39,910 nt of DNA from a bacterium (GTDB lineage Bacteria > Cyanobacteriota > Vampirovibrionia > Gastranaerophilales > Gastranaerophilaceae), in assembly GCA_017544545.1 (NCBI GenBank), contig JAFYDY010000090.1, forward strand, positions 1-39,910. The letters are read 5' to 3'. Each line of letters starts with the position of its first letter. Position 1 is the stretch's first letter. Of the stretch, positions 1-7,965 are shown in pieces. The notes below the pieces were generated by a model, which saw only the letters and a program-made list of their open reading frames with translations, searched no databases and was not told the origin of the DNA. The position numbers were made by a program, and so were the translations under genes.

Positions 1-19
1 AAACGATGCGAACAAACGT

Positions 20-1762
20 ATGTTTACTCAGCAGCACATACTTGATATGATGAATTCTTCTACCCCTTTGGAAAACGTTTTGGAAGCTATTGTAAACAGT
101 ACTCAAGGTGAACTTGGGTATATGCACTGTTCAATTATAAGAAAATATAAAGATGTTAGTGGTGAATATCTTCATATAATTGCACAATCAAATGACGGAC
201 TTATTAACAGATTGAACAATATAATAGGTTCTCCCGCAATTCAGACAAGGAAATTAACATATGCGTCTGACGGTATTTTTGCTGATGCAATGCGTAAAGA
301 TGCAATTATTCAGTCAAAATCAATAGATTTATCGTTGAAATCTATTTTGCCGGAAGTGGATGATGAAACCATACAGGCTGTTATTACAAATCAACCGGTT
401 AAATCAATAATTGTTGTGCCTTTGCATGTGCAGAAAAAAGAATTCGGATGGTTTTGTGTATTTTCATCCCGTGAAGAATTGGCGAGTGCCGAAATGGATT
501 TTCTGGGAATGTTTGCAAAACAGATTGAACTCGCAATTACTATTGCAGACCTATTCCAAGCAGTGAAAGAACAGGCTGTTACGGATGCTCTGACAGGACT
601 CTATAACAGAAGATATTTTGAGGAAGCTCTGGATAAAGAAGTTCAGCGTACAAAACGTATAAAACAACCGTTTTCAATCATTGGGATTGATTTGGACTTT
701 TTAAAGAAAATCAATGATACATACGGTCACACCTTTGGAGATTTGGCGATAAAAACTATTGCCGATGTATTAAAAGCGAACGCTCGTTCTGTCGATGTTC
801 CGGCACGTATCGGCGGGGAAGAATTTAACGTTTTGCTGCCCGGTGTCGGTTCGGAAGGTGCAATGGTTGCCGCAGAGAGAATTCGTAAATCAATAGAAGA
901 AGCTAAAATAGATACAATCGGTCATATCACAGGTTCTTTGGGTGTCGCAACATATCTTGAGCACAGTGACAATATAGAAGAAGTACTTGAATTAACAGAT
1001 CAGGCTATGTATGCTTCAAAACGCAACGGCAGAAACAGAGTTACTCTTGCGCAAAATATTAACGAAACATCATGGCAGGAAATTGCTATCAATACATTTA
1101 TTGATATTTTATCTAAAAACCGTATACCGAAAGCGAAACATCTTTCAAAAGAATTGTGTATGAAATTAAAAGCTCCGGCAAATAAAGATGAGGTTTCAAA
1201 AGAATCTCTGTATACTGTTGCTGATATGCTCACCAAATTGTATAATCCGATGCACACATCAGGTGTCATAAAAAATAAAGTACAAATGGCAGTAAGCCTT
1301 GCAAAAAGGTTTGATGTTCCAAAATCTGAAATAGATAACTTAAGAATTGCAATTTTGCTTTATGATATCGGTAATCTTATGCTTCCGGATGAGCTGCTCC
1401 AAAAACCAACTCCATTGACAGAAGAAGAAAGAGAAAAGATTAAAAATCACCCGATAATTGCAGCCAGAGAGATTTTAAAGCCGATTTCGTATATTCAGGA
1501 TGTTTTGCCTATTATTGAGCACCACCATGAAAATTGGGATGGCACAGGTTATCCGAGCAAAATGTCTGAAAACGATATCCCGATTACATCACAAATAATA
1601 CTTATTATTGACGAATATTTTGCTCTGATTGAACAGCGTCCGTACAGAGCAAAAATGTCAAGCAAAGATGCTTTGGAAATTATCAAATCCGATTCCGGCA
1701 AAAAGTGGAAAGAAACTCTTGTGAAAGAATTTATTTCACTCCTTGAACATGATATAGTTTAG
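20..1762 (+). CDS. GAF-GGDEF-HD-GYP c-di-GMP turnover protein (diguanylate cyclase fused to an HD-GYP-type domain)
   Basis: 580-aa ORF. RxxD I-site (RSVD) lies 5 aa before GGEEF (nt 812-826). C-terminal HHHENWDGTGYP and DEYFAL motifs match HD-GYP. The frame stays open back to nt 2, so the true 5' end may lie outside the window. Confidence 0.85.
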   Translation: MFTQQHILDMMNSSTPLENVLEAIVNSTQGELGYMHCSIIRKYKDVSGEYLHIIAQSNDGLINRLNNIIGSPAIQTRKLTYASDGIFADAMRKDAIIQSKSIDLSLKSILPEVDDETIQAVITNQPVKSIIVVPLHVQKKEFGWFCVFSSREELASAEMDFLGMFAKQIELAITIADLFQAVKEQAVTDALTGLYNRRYFEEALDKEVQRTKRIKQPFSIIGIDLDFLKKINDTYGHTFGDLAIKTIADVLKANARSVDVPARIGGEEFNVLLPGVGSEGAMVAAERIRKSIEEAKIDTIGHITGSLGVATYLEHSDNIEEVLELTDQAMYASKRNGRNRVTLAQNINETSWQEIAINTFIDILSKNRIPKAKHLSKELCMKLKAPANKDEVSKESLYTVADMLTKLYNPMHTSGVIKNKVQMAVSLAKRFDVPKSEIDNLRIAILLYDIGNLMLPDELLQKPTPLTEEEREKIKNHPIIAAREILKPISYIQDVLPIIEHHHENWDGTGYPSKMSENDIPITSQIILIIDEYFALIEQRPYRAKMSSKDALEIIKSDSGKKWKETLVKEFISLLEHDIV

Positions 1763-1764
1763 TC

Positions 1765-2673
1765 ATGAGAGAAAAAGAATTAATTGATGTAATAAAAAAT
1801 ATTATCGGTTCTGAATATATCGGTGATGATTGTGCGTATTTAAAGGACTTGGGGGTTGTTGTAACACAGGATAGTCTGGTGGAAGGCGTACATTTTTCTC
1901 TTGAATACATGACTCCGAAACAATTAGGTTATAAATCGGCTATGGTCAATCTTTCCGATGTTTACGCAAGCGGAAGCGAGCCAAAATATATGACTATATC
2001 TCTATCCTTGCCAAAAGATAAAGATGAAAATTTTGTGAAAGAATTTTATGAAGGTATAAAAAGTGCCTGCGGAGATGTAAAGGTTGTTGGCGGGGATATT
2101 ACAGGTGCTGACAGGGTTTTTGTATCAATATGTGTGATTGGGAAAACGAATGAAAGAAATATTTCTTCCCGTTCAAACGCAAAAGAAGGCTACAAAGTTG
2201 TTGTATCCGGTCTGCATGGTTTATCTGCCGCCGGTCTTTCCCTGTTGAAAAAGGGAGATTACAGCAACAACGAATTTGTAAAAGCACACCTTGAACCTGA
2301 AATACAGGGCGAATTTGCACTAAAGGTTTCCGGTATGGTAAAAGAGCCTTATGGGATGATGGATACATCTGACGGGTTAATGGATGCATTATCCGCGATT
2401 GCAAATGAAAGTGGTGTTTTGTTAGAGGTTGATTTTGACAAAATTTCGTACGATAAAAATATTGAAAAATTTGAAAATTGGCAGAATATGGTTCTTTTTG
2501 GGGGTGAAGATTACGGAATAGTTGCAGTAGTTCCTGAGGAATATAATGTTGGCGGAACAAAAATAGGCAAGGTAAAATTCGGTCTTGGTGTTGATTTGAT
2601 ATTTAATGGCGAAAAGAGACATTACTCAAAAGAAGATGTGGAAAATAAAGTCTTTAACCACTTTAATTATTAA
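1765..2673 (+). CDS. thiL: thiamine-monophosphate kinase
   Basis: 302-aa ORF with N-terminal IGDDCAYL and DTSDGL motifs of the PurM-like ThiL family. Starts 3 nt after the upstream stop, so probably translationally coupled. Confidence 0.8.
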   Translation: MREKELIDVIKNIIGSEYIGDDCAYLKDLGVVVTQDSLVEGVHFSLEYMTPKQLGYKSAMVNLSDVYASGSEPKYMTISLSLPKDKDENFVKEFYEGIKSACGDVKVVGGDITGADRVFVSICVIGKTNERNISSRSNAKEGYKVVVSGLHGLSAAGLSLLKKGDYSNNEFVKAHLEPEIQGEFALKVSGMVKEPYGMMDTSDGLMDALSAIANESGVLLEVDFDKISYDKNIEKFENWQNMVLFGGEDYGIVAVVPEEYNVGGTKIGKVKFGLGVDLIFNGEKRHYSKEDVENKVFNHFNY

Positions 2674-2703
2674 TATTTGTTACGAAAAATTGATACCTTG
2701 AAA

Positions 2704-2732
2704 TTGGCAAAATCATAAAATTTTTATATTAT
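2704..2732 (+). promoter_or_regulatory. promoter-like TTGGCA-N17-TATTAT
   Basis: Lies 27 nt upstream of ATG 2759 and precedes SD AAGGAG. Confidence 0.35.
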
Positions 2733-2758
2733 ATGAAAAGATATAAGGAGAGTTCATT

Positions 2759-3145
2759 ATGGGTATGGACAACGTTGATGATATAAAATCAGTTGATGAA
2801 TTGCGCAAAGCACAGGCAGCAGCGCAGGCCCAAGGTACATCTATTACAAACTATTCCCAATGGGAACAAATTCTGGAAGATTTGGATACGGCAGGTGTAC
2901 AATCAACAGGATCTTTTGATGGCGATGTAAAGCTTCATGCACAAGTTATGGCAAAGATTGAACAGTTTATAGAACAGGTTCAGGAAGCCCAAAGGCAGCA
3001 GGAGATGAATCCGAAAAATGATGATGTTTCAAAAGTAGATAATAAAACCTCAAGCGATAAAGATCAGGTTATTAAGGCTAATCTTGCGAACGCCACAAGT
3101 TCACAGATTTTGTCAGATTATATGAAATACTATCACACGTTATAA
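2759..3145 (+). CDS. hypothetical acidic/Gln-rich 128-aa protein
   Basis: ORF preceded by SD AAGGAG (2745-2750) and a TTGGCA-N17-TATTAT promoter-like element. No recognisable domain. Confidence 0.6.
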   Translation: MGMDNVDDIKSVDELRKAQAAAQAQGTSITNYSQWEQILEDLDTAGVQSTGSFDGDVKLHAQVMAKIEQFIEQVQEAQRQQEMNPKNDDVSKVDNKTSSDKDQVIKANLANATSSQILSDYMKYYHTL

Positions 3146-3178
3146 ATATAAAAAATTCATATTGTTAGTAATAATGAG

Positions 3179-3215
3179 GTGGGACGACTTTTATAAGCCG
3201 TCCCGCTTAACTTTT
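3179..3215 (+). terminator. weak intrinsic terminator after the 2759-3145 gene
   Basis: GGGACG/CGTCCC stem (3181-3186 / 3199-3204) followed by an interrupted T-run. Confidence 0.4.
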
Positions 3216-3284
3216 AAAACGCACTTGGCTAAAGGTTTTTACGGACAATGTAAACAAATGTAACAAAAATAAAACATGCTGAAA

Positions 3285-3313
3285 TTGAACAATATCAAAA
3301 AACTTTATATATA
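3285..3313 (+). promoter_or_regulatory. promoter-like TTGAAC-N17-TATATA (contains the shared ACTTTATATA 10-mer)
   Basis: Lies 41 nt upstream of ATG 3354. Confidence 0.4.
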
Positions 3314-3353
3314 CAAGAGAGATTTTACAATTAATTAAATAAGGAGACGAGAT

Positions 3354-3677
3354 ATGGCATTTTTAGCATTAGCAAGTCAAAAGAGTTTACTGACTTTGCA
3401 GAAAAACTTTTTACAGTTCCAACTTGTATCTATATCAAATCAGATACATATTGCAGCTTCACAAATGGCTCAGATAGAAAGAGAATATGCCGATGAAGAT
3501 TGCACTGAGGACGCAGATTACATCTACTACAAAAACTTAGATGATCAATTGAGTACTGAAAAAGATTCTGTAGAATCACAGATTACTGCGATTGAAAACG
3601 AAATTTCAGGCTTGAAGACATTAGTAAACAACAACATCAAATCAAGTTGTACGCTTAACTTAGCTTCAGGCGGCTAG
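3354..3677 (+). CDS. hypothetical 107-aa coiled-coil protein ending in Gly-Gly
   Basis: ORF preceded by SD AAGGAGA and its own promoter-like element. Heptad-like acidic sequence. No recognisable domain. Confidence 0.6.
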   Translation: MAFLALASQKSLLTLQKNFLQFQLVSISNQIHIAASQMAQIEREYADEDCTEDADYIYYKNLDDQLSTEKDSVESQITAIENEISGLKTLVNNNIKSSCTLNLASGG

Positions 3678-3679
3678 AC

Positions 3680-4519
3680 CTAGACTGAGCTTTTTTCAAA
3701 CAGCTCAACGGTGTTCAGCATCAATGATGTAATAGTCATGGGGCCGACACCACCGGGAACAGGTGATATGTAAGATGCTGTTTTGGAAGCACTTTCAAAG
3801 TCTACGTCTCCTCGGGTTTTCCCGTCTTCATCTTTGAAAATTCCGACATCTACAATCACACAATCAGATTTTAACATTTCCCCTTCTATAATATTTTTCC
3901 CTACTGCTGACACTACTACATCAGCAGTTTTTATTATTTGGGCAAGATTTTTTGTGTGGCTGTGGCATATGGTTACTGTTGCGTTGCGATTTAAAAGCAT
4001 CTGGGACATAGGACGTCCGACAATGTTTGAGCGTCCGACAACAACAGCGTGTTTGCCGTCTAAATCAATCTTGTATTCGTCAAGTAATAACAAAACACCT
4101 TTTGGTGTGCAGGGGTATACAATTGGTTCTTCTCCGGAAAAAAGTTTACCGACATTGTACGGCGTAAATCCGTCAACGTCCTTTTGCGGAATTATAGTAT
4201 TCATGACATTTTCTTTTGAAATATGTTTCGGAAGGGGCAGCTGAACAAGAATAGCCGTAACTTCTTTGTCGTTGTTTAATTCTTCAATCTTATTCAAAAG
4301 TTCTTTTTCGGTAACATTTTCCGGATAGTTTATTACAACGGAATTTATACCGAGTTTTTCGGCAGTTTTTTTCTTGTTATTGACGTAAATTTTACTTGCA
4401 GGGTTTTCTCCTACCAGAATCACAACAAGAGTGGGTTTTTTGTCAAACCCGTCAAGTTTTGTTTTAAGCCCTTCAAGAAGCCTGTCTCTTAACTTTTTTC
4501 CATCTAATACAATTGCCAT
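3680..4519 (-). CDS. folD: bifunctional methylenetetrahydrofolate dehydrogenase / methenyltetrahydrofolate cyclohydrolase
   Basis: 279 aa. Family motifs VVGRSNIVGRP and PVPGGVGPMT. Full-length alignment-like similarity to FolD. Confidence 0.93.
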   Translation of the reverse strand: MAIVLDGKKLRDRLLEGLKTKLDGFDKKPTLVVILVGENPASKIYVNNKKKTAEKLGINSVVINYPENVTEKELLNKIEELNNDKEVTAILVQLPLPKHISKENVMNTIIPQKDVDGFTPYNVGKLFSGEEPIVYPCTPKGVLLLLDEYKIDLDGKHAVVVGRSNIVGRPMSQMLLNRNATVTICHSHTKNLAQIIKTADVVVSAVGKNIIEGEMLKSDCVIVDVGIFKDEDGKTRGDVDFESASKTASYISPVPGGVGPMTITSLMLNTVELFEKSSV

Positions 4520-4525
4520 AAAATC

Positions 4526-4534
4526 ATTATATCA
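4526..4534 (-). promoter_or_regulatory. extended -10 promoter TGATATAAT, 6 nt upstream of the folD ATG (leaderless candidate)
   Basis: The minus strand reads TGATATAAT-GATTTT-ATG. No SD. It lies in the 21-nt gap after the speE stop. Confidence 0.5.
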
Positions 4535-4540
4535 TAAAAT

Positions 4541-5392
4541 TTACAACAATTCTTTCAAATAATTCGGCAAAGCGAAACGGGCATTGTGATAATCCTTGTT
4601 GTAGATTTTGCAGGTCGGAATAATTTCCGCAGCACGTTCTTCATTAAAATACTCCAAAGGTTTAACCTCAACGGAGCAAAATGCCCATGCCCAGTACCCA
4701 CCAGGGTATGTCGGAATATTTGATGTGTATGTTGCAACTGTCGGGAAAACTTTTTTAAGTTGTTTATACATTTTCTGGACAGATTCTTTTTGGGCAAACG
4801 GGGATTCTGACTGGGCAACCATTATACCACCCTTTTTGAGAGAATTTTTAACATTGGTGTAAAATTCATCAGTGAACAAACCTTCACCGGGGCCCATTGG
4901 GTCTGTTGAATCAATCAAAACTATATCAAATTCGTCTTTTTTATTTTTCATATATTCAATTGCATCCTGAACAAGAATTTCAACTTTAGGATCATCAAGT
5001 TTGCATGAAATAGTCGGAAGATATTTTTTACAAGCTTCAATAACCATTCCGTCAATTTCACATAAAACGGCCTTTTCAACGGTTTTGTGTTTCAAAACTT
5101 CTCTGATTGTTCCGCCATCGCCGCCGCCTATTACAAGTACGGTTTTCGGGCATGGGTGCTGCATCATAGGAATGTGTGCTATCATCTCGTGGTAATGATA
5201 TTCATCTCCTTCTGTTGTCATCATCAAATCGTCAAGTGTTAATACTCTGCCCAAATCAGATTCTGTTTCAAACACTTCTACTTTTTGGAACGGTGAGTTA
5301 TCAGAGAATAATACTTTTCCTGCTTTTATTGCAATTCCGAAACCTCCGGGGGTAATTTCGTGATAGTAACCGTTTTCTATTCCGTTTTTCAT
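4541..5392 (-). CDS. speE: spermidine synthase
   Basis: Motifs VIGGGDGG, DSTDP and YHEMIAH. The ORF track starts at 5440, which lies inside a terminator hairpin. ATG 5392 follows SD-like AGGGAAG; ATG 5410 is an alternative start. Confidence 0.88.
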   Translation of the reverse strand: MKNGIENGYYHEITPGGFGIAIKAGKVLFSDNSPFQKVEVFETESDLGRVLTLDDLMMTTEGDEYHYHEMIAHIPMMQHPCPKTVLVIGGGDGGTIREVLKHKTVEKAVLCEIDGMVIEACKKYLPTISCKLDDPKVEILVQDAIEYMKNKKDEFDIVLIDSTDPMGPGEGLFTDEFYTNVKNSLKKGGIMVAQSESPFAQKESVQKMYKQLKKVFPTVATYTSNIPTYPGGYWAWAFCSVEVKPLEYFNEERAAEIIPTCKIYNKDYHNARFALPNYLKELL

Positions 5393-5410
5393 ATTTAACT
5401 TCCCTTTCAT

Positions 5411-5443
5411 AAAAAATGGGTGCATATTATATGCACCCATTTA
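5411..5443 (-). terminator. intrinsic terminator after the EF-hand/LysM gene
   Basis: The minus strand reads ATGGGTGCATAT-A-ATATGCACCCAT (12-bp arms) followed by TTTTTT. Confidence 0.75.
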
Positions 5444-5473
5444 TACTATCATATAAAAATATCTTTTCAATTT

Positions 5474-6952
5474 TTATTCTTCTGCCGGTCTTTCAAATTC
5501 TTTTATAACCTTTCCGTCCTTGTCTTTTACAACGATTTTACCGCTATTTACATCAACGTCAAAGGTCACGTCAAGTTTTGATATAATGGCTTCTCTTAAT
5601 TCAGCCGGCTTGATTTTTGGTTGTTTTGCAATTTTGCGGATTTCGTCCAGCTGCTCCGGAGTAATTTCCGGTATAACGTCTTGTATTGGTATTTTTACCG
5701 TTTTAACAATATTTTCTTCATTAGCATTTTCCGGTTTTTCCGGTTGTTCAGGCTGTTCGGGTTTCTCAGGCTTTTCCGGTTTTTCAAACCTTGGGATTTT
5801 TACAACATCATCGGGATAGAAGAATTTATTACCCTTCCATTCTTGTTTTACACCGTTGTATATTTTAACCAAATCTTTGTTCATTTCCAAGAATGCGGCT
5901 TTTGCTTTTCTCAGTTGTTCCGGTGTCGGATTTTCTATACCCTGAGCTTTGAGAGCGTCTTTAACGATTTTTGTTATGCTGTCGCCTTTTTGAACGGTAT
6001 ATGTTGTTTGTTCTTCAGGGTTTTCAATTTCTTCACCTTTGTCATTTTGATAAGTTGTAGTTACTTCGCCTTTTGCATTTGTAACTTCAATTTTCACGTT
6101 GCCGTTATCCAAATAGGTATATGTTGTAGTTGTTTTTAATGCATCATTTTGGGCATCTTTAACTACTTTTGAAGGTTTATTATTTTTCATATCTTCTTCA
6201 GTTTCAAAAGTTGTATCTATTGTATGCCCGTCATCTGTTTGTGAAACGGTAATAAAATCCAAAACACCGTTTGTTGTTTGGCGTTTTATGGTTTTTCCGT
6301 CTTCACGTTCATAGGTGTTTTTGATTTCTTTTCCGTCTTCAACTTCTGTTTCTTCAATAATTTCGCCTTTTTCATCTTTAACAGTAGTTTTGTTGCCGGA
6401 GAAAGTTGTTGTTTTTCCGTCCTTTATTACGGCTGTTTTGTCACCGTTTTCGTTGAATTTGGTAATGGTACCGTCTTTGTCTATTTCGTCATAGGAGCCG
6501 TCTTTGTATTTAACTTTTTTTGTACCGTCATCATATTCTTCGGTAATAGTACCTTCTTTATCTTCGGTTTCATCAAATTTTGAAATACCTTTTTCGTCTT
6601 TAACGACGTGTGTTTTTACACGGTCATTTATTTCTGTATATTCATTGTTTTCAACAAGATCTTTTTGTTGTTTTGCAAGATTTGAAAGAGCCTCAAAAGA
6701 TTCTTTATCTTTTGTTGCCTTTTTCATCTCTCTTTTTGACATTTTAGTGTTTCCGGCAGTTTCTTTCAGCCAAGTTTGCATGTTGTTGGCTTCTCTTGTG
6801 TCAAGAGTGCCGTCTTTGTTCTCGTCAAACTTGTTGAAAATAACCTCGTTTTTCTTGGTTTTTTTCAAACCTTCCAATTTGCCTGCATCAATAGTCTGTT
6901 TTTGACCTTTAAGTTTAATAACGTTTTCGTTTCCGTCAATACCTTTTACCAT
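5474..6952 (-). CDS. EF-hand / beta-hairpin-repeat / LysM-like protein with a PEKPE linker
   Basis: 492 aa. SD AGGAGA lies 8 nt upstream. Canonical 12-residue EF-hand loop DENKDGTLDTRE (nt 6791-6826). Many DG(K/T)-type short repeats. LysM-like TYTVQKGDSITKI...VVKIP. (PEKPE/PEQPE) linker at nt ~5728-5790. Confidence 0.75.
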   Translation of the reverse strand: MVKGIDGNENVIKLKGQKQTIDAGKLEGLKKTKKNEVIFNKFDENKDGTLDTREANNMQTWLKETAGNTKMSKREMKKATKDKESFEALSNLAKQQKDLVENNEYTEINDRVKTHVVKDEKGISKFDETEDKEGTITEEYDDGTKKVKYKDGSYDEIDKDGTITKFNENGDKTAVIKDGKTTTFSGNKTTVKDEKGEIIEETEVEDGKEIKNTYEREDGKTIKRQTTNGVLDFITVSQTDDGHTIDTTFETEEDMKNNKPSKVVKDAQNDALKTTTTYTYLDNGNVKIEVTNAKGEVTTTYQNDKGEEIENPEEQTTYTVQKGDSITKIVKDALKAQGIENPTPEQLRKAKAAFLEMNKDLVKIYNGVKQEWKGNKFFYPDDVVKIPRFEKPEKPEKPEQPEQPEKPENANEENIVKTVKIPIQDVIPEITPEQLDEIRKIAKQPKIKPAELREAIISKLDVTFDVDVNSGKIVVKDKDGKVIKEFERPAEE

Positions 6953-7035
6953 AATATTCGTCTCCTAATCTTTTACGATAATTTATATTACGGCAACTTT
7001 TTGAAAAACTTTAATTTTTTACAGGATAAAATATT

Positions 7036-7350
7036 TTATTTATTTCCAAGCACATGGATATGCAGGTGAAAAACTTCCTGTCCGGCTTCTTTTCCGGTGT
7101 TTATAAGAGTTTTATATGATTTAAGTCCGATTTTTTTAGTCACGTCTTTTACCGTTTGCAAAAGCTCTGCCATAAGATTTTTATCTTCAAGTTCATTTAA
7201 GGATGCAACGTGAAATTTGGGGCAAACGAGCATATGAATAGGAGCTTTCGGGTTTATATCATTGAAAACAACGGTGTTTTCGGTTTCGTAAACAAATTCT
7301 GTTCCGAAATCCCCTCTAATAATTTTGCAAAAAATACAATCTTCACTCAT
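7036..7350 (-). CDS. HIT-family (histidine triad) nucleotide hydrolase
   Basis: HLHIHVLG histidine triad. Start moved to ATG 7350, which has SD AAGGAG. The longer ORF to 7491 would overlap the upstream methyltransferase by 130 nt. Confidence 0.88.
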   Translation of the reverse strand: MSEDCIFCKIIRGDFGTEFVYETENTVVFNDINPKAPIHMLVCPKFHVASLNELEDKNLMAELLQTVKDVTKKIGLKSYKTLINTGKEAGQEVFHLHIHVLGNK

Positions 7351-7361
7351 ATCATTTCTCC

Positions 7362-7931
7362 TTATCTTATTTTTTTTGCTAAAGAAAGTCCTGCCGGCAG
7401 TGGTAAAACAACATTTTCCCAGTCGGGATTTGAGTTTATTGCTTCCAAGAAATCCTGAACTTTTGCGGCATGCGAAATGACATTGTCGCATGCAAGGTAT
7501 CCTCCGACTTTCATTCTGGGTGCTATCAATCGGAAGAAATCGATGTATTCTTTTTTACACGCATCTACGAATGCAAAATCTATTTTAAAATCTTCCGGCA
7601 AGTACTCAATAATTGTTGCTGCGTCACCTTGTTTTGTATCTATAATGTCCGAAACACCGCACTGTTTAAAATTTTCTTTTGCAATATCGAGTCTTTTATC
7701 ATAAAACTCGATAGTTGTCAGATTACCCCCTGTTTTTTTGAGAGCTTTTCCGAGCCAAATCCCGGAATATCCGTTAGATGTGCCTATTTCAAGGACATTT
7801 TTTGATTTTGATGTAACTATTAAATTGTATAAAAATTCGGCTGTCACGCGGGAGATATTCCAAAATTCTTTCTGAGTTTTTTCCAAAGATTTCAGTATAT
7901 CCTGCGTTTTGGAATCAAAAATTTCTATCAT
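7362..7931 (-). CDS. class I SAM-dependent O-methyltransferase (family 3, caffeoyl-CoA OMT-like)
   Basis: 189 aa with SAM motif LEIGTSNGYSG and acidic FVDACK motif. No SD; a -10-like box sits close to the ATG. Confidence 0.8.
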   Translation of the reverse strand: MIEIFDSKTQDILKSLEKTQKEFWNISRVTAEFLYNLIVTSKSKNVLEIGTSNGYSGIWLGKALKKTGGNLTTIEFYDKRLDIAKENFKQCGVSDIIDTKQGDAATIIEYLPEDFKIDFAFVDACKKEYIDFFRLIAPRMKVGGYLACDNVISHAAKVQDFLEAINSNPDWENVVLPLPAGLSLAKKIR

Positions 7932-7940
7932 AACAACATA

Positions 7941-7949
7941 ATATTATCA
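7941..7949 (-). promoter_or_regulatory. extended -10 element TGATAATAT, 9 nt upstream of the O-methyltransferase ATG
   Basis: The minus strand reads TTGTGATAATAT-TATGTTGTT-ATG. No SD. Confidence 0.35.
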
Positions 7950-7965
7950 CAAAATATAAAAGAGG

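Noticed and set aside
3354-3677. C-terminal Gly-Gly of the 107-aa protein near thiL as a ThiS/MoaD/ubiquitin-like sulfur carrier.
   Set aside because: The sequence is heptad-like, acidic and predicted helical rather than a ~66-90-aa beta-grasp. It is separated from thiL by another gene, has its own promoter, and no ThiF/ThiG-type partner is present. The GG ending is probably coincidental.
7036-7491. Long forms of several ORF-track entries: HIT 7036-7491, recA to 9971, 10653-11540, 11554 GTG start, 14354 TTG start, 34572 TTG start, speE to 5440.
   Set aside because: The extensions overlap neighbouring genes or a terminator, use GTG/TTG without an SD, and encode non-protein-like N-termini. Downstream ATGs with good SDs match family N-termini.
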